NCBI GenBank assembly: GCA_016234595.1
Contig: JACRBG010000016.1
Location: 36,608 to 100,607 of the forward strand
Direction of reading: 5' to 3'
DNA: 64,000 bases
DNA from: Chloroflexota bacterium
GTDB taxonomy: Bacteria > Chloroflexota > Anaerolineae > Aggregatilineales > J027
Part shown: one piece after another, positions 39,158 through 48,032 of the stretch
Layout of the letters: the number at the start of each line of letters is the position of its first letter
How positions within the stretch are numbered: position 1 is the stretch's first letter
Notes under the pieces: model-generated
The model's database searches: none
The model's input: only the letters and a program-made list of their open reading frames with translations
What the model was told of the DNA's origin: nothing
Translations under genes and position numbers: made by a program

Positions 39158-40525
39158 CTATAAATTCAATACACGATCCACAAACACCGCTGCCAGCCCG
39201 GTATATTGTTCGGGATTGAGCAGGGTCGCTAACTTAGCCGCGTCAATATGAGCTGTCACTCGTTCATCAGATGCAAGGCAGTCTAAAAAAGGTCGCCGTT
39301 CTTCAACCGCTTGCATCGCATTGGCATACACCACATCATGCGCCTCTTGTCGCCCGATATGCTGGCCCAATTCAAACATCACTCGTTCGGCCAACAGCAA
39401 TCCATGTGTAATATCCATATTGCGGCGCATTCGCTCAGGATAGACTTGCAAACCGCGTAACACGCGCAAGGTCAATTCCATCGCCCCGTGTGCCATGATG
39501 CACAACTCTGGTAGATAGGCCCATTCCATATGCACCGACGACCAGTCGCGCTCATGTTCGTTATAGAGCAGGGTATCAATCGCAGTCGTAGCGTGCTGAC
39601 GGCATAATCGGGCCATCGCCAAAATCGCTTCACATATCATCGGGTTGCGTTTTTGAGGCATGGTGCTGCTGCCAACCTTGCCCATTTCAAAGGGTTCTTC
39701 CACCTCGCCAAATTCTTGTTTCTGCAAATGAATCACTTCGTTGGCGATGCGCCCCATTAATGCAGCAAGCATAGCAATATGAGTAGCAAATTCTGCTAAG
39801 CCATCCCGCGAGGTATGCCATGCAATCGGCGGGGTATAGAGGCCCAATTCATCCAGCACGGCCTTTTGGATAGCGATGCCATCTACCGCTAATCCCACCG
39901 GAGAGCCCTGTGTGACCCCCGCCAATGTACCAACTGCCCCGCCAAACTCACCCATCAACACCCGATGTTCACTAGTCTGCCAGCGTTCGCGGTGACGGTG
40001 CATCTCAGCTAGCCATACCGCCACTTTAAACCCAAAGGTCGTCGGAAGGGCTTGCTGACCATGTGTTCGCCCCGCAATAGGAGTATCTCGATGAGTCTGG
40101 GCCAATTGGCTCATCGCATCCATCAGGTCATCCATCGTTTGCCCAAAGAGTGCCGAGGCATCACGAATTTGCAGCACCAATGCTGTATCCATCACATCTT
40201 GCGTGGTCGCGCCCCAGTGCACATAGCCGCCCGCCTCACCCTGACAGCGCTTAGAAAGCTGCCAGATGACCGAGACCAATGGATGAACCGTATCGTCAAT
40301 GCCTTTTTTGATGGCGCTCGTGTCCATATTCTCGGCGCGGGCTTGGCGGGTAATTTCGGCGGCAGCTTCAGTCGGAACCAAGCCTAATTTGGACTCGGCA
40401 CGGGCAAGGGCGGCTTCAAAGTCCAACCACTTTTGCAGCAGATTGAGATCGTCAAAAACCGCCCGCATAGCAGGTGAGCCAAATAGGTCTTTAAAGAAGA
40501 GGGAGTCAATCACATTCGAGGGCAT
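39158..40525 (-). CDS. Fumarase/adenylosuccinate-lyase superfamily lyase (PcaB/Scl-like, probably not housekeeping PurB)
   Basis: HWGATTQD, GRTHGQQA, signature GSSTMPQKRNP, EHERD, and ASL C-terminal GRQEAH. Confidence 0.85.
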   Translation of the reverse strand: MPSNVIDSLFFKDLFGSPAMRAVFDDLNLLQKWLDFEAALARAESKLGLVPTEAAAEITRQARAENMDTSAIKKGIDDTVHPLVSVIWQLSKRCQGEAGGYVHWGATTQDVMDTALVLQIRDASALFGQTMDDLMDAMSQLAQTHRDTPIAGRTHGQQALPTTFGFKVAVWLAEMHRHRERWQTSEHRVLMGEFGGAVGTLAGVTQGSPVGLAVDGIAIQKAVLDELGLYTPPIAWHTSRDGLAEFATHIAMLAALMGRIANEVIHLQKQEFGEVEEPFEMGKVGSSTMPQKRNPMICEAILAMARLCRQHATTAIDTLLYNEHERDWSSVHMEWAYLPELCIMAHGAMELTLRVLRGLQVYPERMRRNMDITHGLLLAERVMFELGQHIGRQEAHDVVYANAMQAVEERRPFLDCLASDERVTAHIDAAKLATLLNPEQYTGLAAVFVDRVLNL

Positions 40526-41211
40526 TACGCATCCGCCTGTAATTCCTCAGCAATCTTCGCCTTCAACCCCTGTTGGGTGTGTTGGATGTGTCGCACCGCC
40601 AATTCTTTGGCGTGGGCTGCATCCCTTGCTTCACAGGCCGCTAAAATCTCGCGGTGTTCTTCATGCACCACATCAGCATTCCGCAATACAAACATATACC
40701 GATAGCGGTACAACTCGCTGCGATCCCATAACGTGACAATGGCTTGCAGCAGATGTTCGTTGTTAAGTACCCGATAAATCGTTAGGTGAAATTCGCGGTT
40801 AAGTTCCATAAATTCTTTGATGTGCTGCCGGCTCGTGGCCTCTTGCATCAAATGGATCAGTTCATGCAAGCGAGCAAAATCAAATTCTCCCATCCGATCA
40901 ACGGCATGGGCAATTGTTTCACCTTCGACCAGCGCCCGCGCAAAGTAAAGATCGTCAAGGTCACTAAGCGAGATTTCAGTCACAAAAGCCCCTCGTCGGG
41001 GGATGATGGTAACAAGGCCTTCCGCTTCTAATCCCTTGAGGGCTTCGCGAACAGGCACAAGGCTAACCTGTAAATCTTCGGCCAATTTATTTTGGTCAAT
41101 ACGCTGACCGGGTTTTAGGAGGCGCTGCATAATGGCTTCACGGATCCGTTCTTGCACTTGCAGCGACAAGGTAGCTCTAGGTAGGGAAAGGGATGGTTGT
41201 GGTTGGGTCAT
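40525..41211 (-). CDS. GntR (FCD subfamily) transcriptional regulator
   Basis: LKPGQRI...VSLVPVREAL..LEAEGLV...PRRGAFV; FCD motifs NREFH, EHREI, HI. Confidence 0.93.
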   Translation of the reverse strand: MTQPQPSLSLPRATLSLQVQERIREAIMQRLLKPGQRIDQNKLAEDLQVSLVPVREALKGLEAEGLVTIIPRRGAFVTEISLSDLDDLYFARALVEGETIAHAVDRMGEFDFARLHELIHLMQEATSRQHIKEFMELNREFHLTIYRVLNNEHLLQAIVTLWDRSELYRYRYMFVLRNADVVHEEHREILAACEARDAAHAKELAVRHIQHTQQGLKAKIAEELQADA

Positions 41212-41243
41212 AAACGAATTTTCATTTTTCGGATGAGAAACTG

Positions 41244-41284
41244 TTGACGAATTTGTTGTTAGATTATAAATTATAATTTATAAT
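41244..41284. promoter_or_regulatory. Divergent promoter with a perfect 22-bp palindrome (putative GntR operator)
   Basis: ATTATAAATTATAATTTATAAT (41263-41284) is its own reverse complement. TTGACG at 41244, with TAAATT 17 nt later, overlaps it. Confidence 0.6.
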
Positions 41285-41385
41285 TTGTCGAGTGAGAGGC
41301 AAAGGAGGCCACCCATCCCAATAAATTTTTTTTCAATCCCCATCAAAGAAATGGTTTTATTCAAGAGTAGAGTGGAGGCTTTAAC

Positions 41386-42771
41386 ATGCGTAAAAAAATA
41401 GGATTGCTGCTAGCAGTATTATTGATTTGCAGTGTCATTGTGGGCGTACCGGGCAAACAGAGCACCGTCCGCGCTCAAGATGACGGCCCACAATATGCAG
41501 GGTTAGACAAAGATTTGTCAGGGATTACCATCCGTTTTGCGGGTATTGGTGGTCAACCTTATGAAGCAATGTATGATTCTTTCAAAGTATTTGAAGAAGC
41601 TACCGGCGCTAAGGTCGAAATTGTCTTCTTAGGCGACGGTTTTGAAATTGACCGTTATTTAAAACAAAACTATGCCGCTGGCACAGTGGATTTCGATGTA
41701 GCATGGAACCACACCAGCTTTACCGCCCAATATGTGGATTTTGTTGAAGATATGCGCCAATATTTCACCGAAGAAGAATTGGCTCCCTTCAGCCCTGCCA
41801 TTTTGGACGCTGCCACCATTGATGGCAAATTGACCCTCATCCCCCGCCATGCCGACATCAGCGCCATGCACTATCGCACCGATCTGTTTGGCAATGCCGA
41901 CTATCAAGCCCAGTTCGAGTCTGAATACGGCTATCCATTGGCTCCCCCCACGACCATCGCCGAAATGTATGATATGGCCGAATTTTTCACCAATGTCACC
42001 AAAGACACCGACAGCCCCGTCTATGGAACCCAGTTTGCAGGCAAGGAAGAAGCCCTCGCTGGTCGGTTCTATGAATTGCTGGTCGCCAATGGCGGCAATT
42101 ATTTCAATGAAGATTGGGAACCGATTTTCGATAATGAAGCGGGTGTCGCAACCGCCCAATGGATGCGCGACCTGTACGAAAACGGCTACATCCCACCCGA
42201 TACCCCCAATAACATTTGGCCCGAAGTTGCCCAAAACTTCTGCGATGGCAAAGTAGCCTTCTATCTAGAATGGTACGGTTGGTACAGCTACTTCCAAGAC
42301 CCCAATAGCTGTGCGGTCGCTGGCAAATTTGGCCTAACTCGTGGGCCAGTGGGTACAGCGGGTGATGTTCACACTGGTTGGGCAGGCGCTCATGCCTTCT
42401 CGATTCCAAAAGATGCCGAAAACAAAGAGGCTGCTGCACAATTGATTAAATTCCTGACCTCCGAGCGCGTGGCCTATGAAGAATCACAACTCGGTTTGTT
42501 GGCCGTCCGCGGCGATGTGTGGGGGCGTCTGATTGCCGAAGCTGGCGCATCCGAAGACCCATTGGCTGTACCGCGTTTGGAACTAGCCCAACAACAAATC
42601 GCCGAAGATTTCTTCACCCCACCCTTGTTCGCAGACTGGATTAGTTTTACCGATCTGTGGTTCCCCACTTTGCAATCCATCATGTTAGGGGATGTGAGTG
42701 TCGAAGAAGGTCTGGCACAGGCGGTTGAAGAGACCACTGGCTTGATGGAAGACCTCGGTTATTACGACTAA
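41386..42771 (+). CDS. Sugar ABC transporter substrate-binding protein
   Basis: Signal peptide ending RAQD; DGKL..IP, YRTDLF, PPTT..E..D.AEFFT, GWAGAH, AAQLIKFLTS. Confidence 0.9.
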   Translation: MRKKIGLLLAVLLICSVIVGVPGKQSTVRAQDDGPQYAGLDKDLSGITIRFAGIGGQPYEAMYDSFKVFEEATGAKVEIVFLGDGFEIDRYLKQNYAAGTVDFDVAWNHTSFTAQYVDFVEDMRQYFTEEELAPFSPAILDAATIDGKLTLIPRHADISAMHYRTDLFGNADYQAQFESEYGYPLAPPTTIAEMYDMAEFFTNVTKDTDSPVYGTQFAGKEEALAGRFYELLVANGGNYFNEDWEPIFDNEAGVATAQWMRDLYENGYIPPDTPNNIWPEVAQNFCDGKVAFYLEWYGWYSYFQDPNSCAVAGKFGLTRGPVGTAGDVHTGWAGAHAFSIPKDAENKEAAAQLIKFLTSERVAYEESQLGLLAVRGDVWGRLIAEAGASEDPLAVPRLELAQQQIAEDFFTPPLFADWISFTDLWFPTLQSIMLGDVSVEEGLAQAVEETTGLMEDLGYYD

Positions 42772-42855
42772 AACTTCAGATTGATTTACCATGCAGGGGC
42801 GATACTCCTAGATCGCCTCTGTCTGTCCTGATTATTTGAGAGAAGGAATCTAAAA

Positions 42856-43878
42856 TTGCTTTCCTTATTGACAGAGAGATTTTCCAGTGGCGTTTTTGTC
42901 ATCATGAACGCCTTCACACAAGTCATGGGGATAATTTGGCGACTTTTACCATTTGGATACCTGTGGAATCTTGTGCCCTATGATCGCCGCCGGACGATTT
43001 TCCCCCTGTTGTTAATTGTGCCAACCGTCATCATTATCTTAATGGTTGTCCTGTACCCATTGGGCTATTCGGTCTATGTCAGCTTTACCCCGCTCAACAT
43101 GCTGCGTTATGAAAAGACGTTTCACTTTGAGCAGTCTACCATGTGGCGAAATTACGAGCGCCTAAAGGATGATGAAATTTTCATCCGGTCGCTCAAAAAC
43201 ACCATTTTGTTCCTTGCTGTCACGGTCAATACCGAGTTCGTGTTGGGGTTATTGCTCTCACAATTGATGGCACGGGTAACATGGGGGCAAGGTCTATTGC
43301 GGACCATCCTCATGATACCGATGATGTTTGCCCCTGTATTGGTAGGTTTTCAGTTTGCATGGTTTTTTAATGCCAGCGTTGGCCTAGTCAACAATGCCAT
43401 GACCTCCCTCGGCCTGATGCAACTCAATGATCCCAAACCGTGGTTGGTAGATAAACCAACTGGTATGATTGCGCTGATGATTGCCAGCATTTGGATGAAC
43501 GTCCCGATTATGACCATTATTTTATTGGCTGGCACACTTTCATTGCCCAACGAATTGTACGAAGCCGCTGAAGTGGATGGCGCAGGGTTTCTCAATCAAT
43601 TTCGCCACATTACACTGCCCCTGCTACGACCATTTATCCTCATCGCCTTGACGATTCGTTCACTTGATGTCAGTCGGGCCTATGATATTGTACGGATTAT
43701 GACCAATGGCGGGCCTGCTCATCGTACCGAGATGATCTGGACATATGCCGGTCGTATGGCGATTCGTAGTAACCGCTATGGCATGGCAAGTGCGATCTCG
43801 ATGGCAGGGGTCATTTTGGGGATTTTGTTTACTCTCTATCTATTCCGCCAACTGGTCAAGTCGCGGGTGGTGTATTAA
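42856..43878 (+). CDS. Carbohydrate ABC transporter permease
   Basis: ELYEAAEVDGA, MTNGGP; TM helices. Confidence 0.9.
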   Translation: MLSLLTERFSSGVFVIMNAFTQVMGIIWRLLPFGYLWNLVPYDRRRTIFPLLLIVPTVIIILMVVLYPLGYSVYVSFTPLNMLRYEKTFHFEQSTMWRNYERLKDDEIFIRSLKNTILFLAVTVNTEFVLGLLLSQLMARVTWGQGLLRTILMIPMMFAPVLVGFQFAWFFNASVGLVNNAMTSLGLMQLNDPKPWLVDKPTGMIALMIASIWMNVPIMTIILLAGTLSLPNELYEAAEVDGAGFLNQFRHITLPLLRPFILIALTIRSLDVSRAYDIVRIMTNGGPAHRTEMIWTYAGRMAIRSNRYGMASAISMAGVILGILFTLYLFRQLVKSRVVY

Positions 43879-44747
43879 TGTTAACCAATGCCGTCCGCCC
43901 CTATCGCCGTTTGCGCCAGACCATTTACAACATTGTGGCGTTCACCATTTTGATTATTGGTGCATTACCAGCGGTCTGGATCATTTTTACAGCCTTCCGA
44001 CCCGGTAATGAAGTCAATATCCGTCCGGCGATTTGGATTCCTCATCGGCTTACATTGGATGCGTTTGAAAAACTTTTTGGGGGAAACACCGATGTCGCCG
44101 CCGCTGTGCCAGTACGGAGTTATATGTGGAATTCCATTCGGGTTGCAACCCTCAGTACCTTGATCGTCCTAATTCTAGGCACGATGGCGGGCTATGCCTT
44201 TTCGCGTTTTAAATTTCGTGGGCACACCCTCATCTTTTTATTCATCATGTTGTCGCGCAGTATCCCCGGTGTAGCCCTAAGCTTTCCGCTATTTTTGCTT
44301 ATGCGGAAATACGATTTAGTGGATACCGTGCATGGTTTGGCTTTTGTGTATGTCGCGGTGAATTTGCCTATTTCAGTCTGGCTGATGGATGGCTTCTTTC
44401 GCCAAATTCCACCCGAACTCGACGAAGCCGCTTATATAGATGGCTGTGGCTATTGGACAGCTTTTTGGCGCATTGATTTACCGTTAGCGCTCCCCGGCAT
44501 CTCAGCCGCCGCGATTTTTGCATTTCTGGCATCATGGAATGAATATCAACTTGCCAGTTTAATCACAGGCACACCCGATGCCAAAACCTTTCCAGTTGGC
44601 CTTTATGACTTTACTAGTCAATTTACAGTGGATTGGCGTGGCATGTGTGCCATGTCGGTGTTGATGATTATCCCCGCCGTTGTGTTTGTACTATTGACCC
44701 AGCGCAGCATGATTCGGGGTCTAACATTTGGCGCAATCAAAGGTTAA
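43878..44747 (+). CDS. Carbohydrate ABC transporter permease
   Basis: ELDEAAYIDG, SWNEY, GLTFGAIKG. Confidence 0.9.
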   Translation: MLTNAVRPYRRLRQTIYNIVAFTILIIGALPAVWIIFTAFRPGNEVNIRPAIWIPHRLTLDAFEKLFGGNTDVAAAVPVRSYMWNSIRVATLSTLIVLILGTMAGYAFSRFKFRGHTLIFLFIMLSRSIPGVALSFPLFLLMRKYDLVDTVHGLAFVYVAVNLPISVWLMDGFFRQIPPELDEAAYIDGCGYWTAFWRIDLPLALPGISAAAIFAFLASWNEYQLASLITGTPDAKTFPVGLYDFTSQFTVDWRGMCAMSVLMIIPAVVFVLLTQRSMIRGLTFGAIKG

Positions 44748-44754
44748 AAAATCT

Positions 44755-45216
44755 ATGTTAATCAGTTATTGGCATTTTAGTTTTACCGTGGCCGACTTGG
44801 AGCGTTCGATTGATTTTTATACGAACATCATCGGCATGACATTGGTGCATCGGCAGGAGCAATCCAACGAATATACCCGCAAGTTAGTCGCCTACCCCGA
44901 TGCTTCGTTGAAAGTAGCCCAATTGGGGATTGAGAGGATGCCGGGAGTCCGATCAGGTCATTTATTGGAACTAGTCGAATATGTCTCTCCACGTTGCGAC
45001 CCCACCGACACAGCCACCTGTCGCCCCGGCAGTGCCCACCTTGCCTTTCAGGTCGTAGATGCGTGGGCCAAATATCACGAAATGACTGCCAAAGGGGTGC
45101 GTTTTAAATCCGAACCCGTCGCCATCACCGCTGGCATCAATAAAGGCGGCTTTACGTGCTATTTTCTTGACCCAGATGATATTACGTTGGAAATTATTCA
45201 AGCCCCCCCCAGCTAA
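44755..45216 (+). CDS. VOC (glyoxalase/epimerase) family protein
   Basis: HFSFTVADLERSIDFY, LELVEY, HLAF, YFLDPD...LEI with H/E/H/E metal ligands. Start ATG 44755. Confidence 0.88.
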   Translation: MLISYWHFSFTVADLERSIDFYTNIIGMTLVHRQEQSNEYTRKLVAYPDASLKVAQLGIERMPGVRSGHLLELVEYVSPRCDPTDTATCRPGSAHLAFQVVDAWAKYHEMTAKGVRFKSEPVAITAGINKGGFTCYFLDPDDITLEIIQAPPS

Positions 45217-45228
45217 AGGAGCTTATGT

Positions 45229-45468
45229 ATGCCCACCGTCATTATCTACTGGTCACCCGGTAGGAACCCCCAACAAAAAAAAACGGTGATTGAGCAGATT
45301 ACTGACGTGCTGGTGAACGAAGCCAGTGCAAAACAGGAGGATGTACTGGTGATTTTTCAGGAAATTTTGCCCGGTGATTTTGGGCGTGGCGGGCAGGTTA
45401 TCCTCCCATTTGAATCAACTTCCTCTTCAGAAGAAAATAAAAATTTTGAGGACGACAATCATGGTTAA
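45229..45468 (+). CDS. 4-oxalocrotonate tautomerase family protein
   Basis: Catalytic Pro-1 (MPTVII), GR..QQK, V.VIF.E..P.DFG.GG; strong RBS AAGGAG. Confidence 0.85.
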   Translation: MPTVIIYWSPGRNPQQKKTVIEQITDVLVNEASAKQEDVLVIFQEILPGDFGRGGQVILPFESTSSSEENKNFEDDNHG

Positions 45469-45793
45469 AAGATTTGGTCAGGTCAATCGGGTAAGACCCG
45501 AGGTTTTAGAAGAGTACAAACAGATTCATGTCAAAATCTGGCAAGAAATCGAAGACGCCATCCGCGAATCTGGCATCATCAATTACAGCATTTACTATAA
45601 GGATGGCTTTTTGTTTGCCTATTTTGAATATGATGGCCCCGAAGAAGAATTTGCCGCCCGTATGGAAAAACTGGCAAATGCCCCTCGTATGCAAGAATGG
45701 TGGGGAATTACCAAGGCCATGCAAATGCCCTTAGAAACGCGCGCCCCCGGTGAATGGTGGGCGGATATGGAAGAAGTATTCCATCAGGACTAA
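45461..45793 (+). CDS. L-rhamnose/L-fucose mutarotase (RhaM family)
   Basis: EEYKQIH..IW.E, GIINYSIY, LFAYFEY, QEWW, MEEVFHQD. Start ATG 45461. Confidence 0.88.
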   Translation: MVKRFGQVNRVRPEVLEEYKQIHVKIWQEIEDAIRESGIINYSIYYKDGFLFAYFEYDGPEEEFAARMEKLANAPRMQEWWGITKAMQMPLETRAPGEWWADMEEVFHQD

Positions 45794-45799
45794 AACCAC

Positions 45800-47035
45800 A
45801 TGGATATTGTAATGCCCAATATGGGATTTGACGCCCAAGAGGCCCGGATTGTTGAATGGCTAAAAAATCCGGGGGATTTAGTGCGGCGTGGGGATGTCAT
45901 TGCTGTCATCGAATCAGACAAGGCCAATGTTGAATTGGAATCGCTGGGGGATGGGGTTTTATTGGAACAGCTTTTTCCTCCCGATACTTTAGTAAAGGTC
46001 GGCGCAATTATTGCACGGGTTGGGTCACCCAATGAACAGGCCATCGCCCCATCGTCACCAACCCCAACCTTGCCTATGATGGTCGAAGTGTCGCCAGTGG
46101 CCCGCCGTATCGCCGAAGAACACGGCCTAGATTTAGCTGCCGTCACAGGAAGTGGCCCCAGCGGCAAAATTATGCGGCAGGACGTCGAAAAACTCATTCA
46201 ATCGGCCAGTGTCCCTCAGCCATCAAATGGCAAAAAAGGGATCATGGCCCTACCCAAAGTCCGCCAAACTGCCCGTCAATTAGGGGTCTCTTTGGCTGAT
46301 GTCACACCGACAGGACGGCACGGCGAAATTACACTGGCGGATATACAGCAGCGCATTTCAACACCCGCCAGAGAAAAATCTGGTGTGCGTGAGATAGCTC
46401 TGAGCCGGATGCGCCAAACCATTGGGGAACGCTTGCATCGTAGTATGCAAGAAGCCCCCCATTTTTATGTCAGTGGTGAATTTGATTTGGAAGCGGCTCT
46501 GACCCGATTAAAAACGATCTCAGGTGTGCGAGTCAACGATTTGCTGCAATATTTGGTAGTGCAGACCCTCTTGCGTGTACCTGAATTGAATGCCACTTTT
46601 GAAAACGGCCATCTTTATTATCACGAGACAGTGAATCTTGCTATTGCCGTGTCCCTTGAGGATGGCCTCATTACCCCTGTCCTCGCCGACGCTCAACAGC
46701 TTTCCTTACAGGGTATTGCTCAAGCCAGTCGCGCCTTGGTTGAAAGGGCACGTAGCAATCATCTTCACCCATCGGATTTACAATCCGGTACGTTTACCAT
46801 CAGCAATCTGGGGGTAGTCAAACAAGTCGATCAATTTACCGCTGTGATTAACCCGCCACAGGTAGGCATTTTAGCGGTGGGCACGGTTAAACCCCGCCCT
46901 GTCGTCATCAATGGAGGTCTGCATGTGCGTAATACCGTGTATCTGACCCTCAGCGGCGACCATCGCGTGGTGGACGGCATGACACTTGGCAAATTTATGG
47001 CGACCTTCCAAGAAGAATTGGAACGGTTCAGTTAG
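45800..47035 (+). CDS. 2-oxoacid dehydrogenase E2 (dihydrolipoamide acyltransferase)
   Basis: Lipoyl ESDKA, two peripheral-subunit-binding-like segments, TFTISNLG, DHRVVDG. Confidence 0.92.
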   Translation: MDIVMPNMGFDAQEARIVEWLKNPGDLVRRGDVIAVIESDKANVELESLGDGVLLEQLFPPDTLVKVGAIIARVGSPNEQAIAPSSPTPTLPMMVEVSPVARRIAEEHGLDLAAVTGSGPSGKIMRQDVEKLIQSASVPQPSNGKKGIMALPKVRQTARQLGVSLADVTPTGRHGEITLADIQQRISTPAREKSGVREIALSRMRQTIGERLHRSMQEAPHFYVSGEFDLEAALTRLKTISGVRVNDLLQYLVVQTLLRVPELNATFENGHLYYHETVNLAIAVSLEDGLITPVLADAQQLSLQGIAQASRALVERARSNHLHPSDLQSGTFTISNLGVVKQVDQFTAVINPPQVGILAVGTVKPRPVVINGGLHVRNTVYLTLSGDHRVVDGMTLGKFMATFQEELERFS

Positions 47036-47046
47036 GAACAGAAAAT

Positions 47047-48018
47047 ATGACCACAGTACCCGCACTTAATCTGGATTCGCGGCAGTGGATGTTACGGCGG
47101 ATGCTTGAAATCCGCATCGCCGAAGAACAGATTCAAGGCCTGTTTATGCAAAATCTTATTCGCGGCACAACCCATCTCTGTATTGGGCAAGAGGCCTGCT
47201 CAGTTGGGATTGCCCACGCGCTGCAACCCGGTGATACCGTAACCTGTACCTATCGTGGGCACGGTCACGCACTGGCCCTCGGCATGACTATGCAAAAGCT
47301 GATAGCCGAGATGATGGGTAAGGCCAGTGGGGCGTGCAAGGGCAAGGGCGGCAGTATGCACCTGACTGATGCTTCGATTGGCCTATTGGGCGAAAACGCG
47401 ATTGTTGGCGCAGGCCTACCCATCGCAGTTGGCGCAGCGCTATCGGCCCAAGTCAAGGGTGAATCGCGTATTGCCGTAGCCATTTTTGGCGAAGGTGCGA
47501 CCAACATCGGTACGTTTCATGAGGCGCTGAATATGGCAGCTATTTGGAAATTGCCCGTGCTTTTCATCTGTGAAAACAATCTCTATGGTGAATATAGTCC
47601 GATGGAAAACACCACCCCTGTCGCCCATATTGCGGAACGGGCCACGGCCTATAACATCCCCGGCGTGGTCGAAGATGGGCAAGATGCCGAGGCGGTTTAT
47701 GATGCCGTCAAAGAAGCCGCCGACCGCGCTCGATACGGCGAAGGCCCAACCCTCTTGGAACTGAAAACTTATCGCTATCGGGGACATTCGCGCACCGACA
47801 CCGCTCCCTATCGTCGCCCCGGCGAACTAGATGAATGGCTAAAACGTGACCCCATTGATGTGTTGGCCCGCAAGATGATTGCTGATGGACAATTGGATGA
47901 AACCGAATTAGAAGAATTGAAACAAGGCACTGAGCGCTTGGTGTTTGACGCCATTGAGTGGGCCAAAGCCGAGCCATTCCCGCCCATTGAAAGCCTTTTT
48001 GAAGATATTTACGCCTAA
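47047..48018 (+). CDS. TPP-dependent dehydrogenase E1 alpha (acetoin/pyruvate dehydrogenase family)
   Basis: HLCIGQEA, YRGHGH, GKGGSMH, GEGA...CENN, YRYRGHS. Confidence 0.92.
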   Translation: MTTVPALNLDSRQWMLRRMLEIRIAEEQIQGLFMQNLIRGTTHLCIGQEACSVGIAHALQPGDTVTCTYRGHGHALALGMTMQKLIAEMMGKASGACKGKGGSMHLTDASIGLLGENAIVGAGLPIAVGAALSAQVKGESRIAVAIFGEGATNIGTFHEALNMAAIWKLPVLFICENNLYGEYSPMENTTPVAHIAERATAYNIPGVVEDGQDAEAVYDAVKEAADRARYGEGPTLLELKTYRYRGHSRTDTAPYRRPGELDEWLKRDPIDVLARKMIADGQLDETELEELKQGTERLVFDAIEWAKAEPFPPIESLFEDIYA

Positions 48019-48032
48019 AATCGAGGTATGGT

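Noticed and set aside
34202-40525. Coenzyme M biosynthesis / epoxide metabolism cluster (EaCoMT-like + ASL-like)
   Set aside because: No phosphosulfolactate synthase, alkene monooxygenase or CoM disulfide oxidoreductase; the surrounding genes point to sugar catabolism.
39158-40525. Assigning the gene symbol purB or pcaB
   Set aside because: Family membership is clear, but the context supports neither purine synthesis nor protocatechuate degradation.
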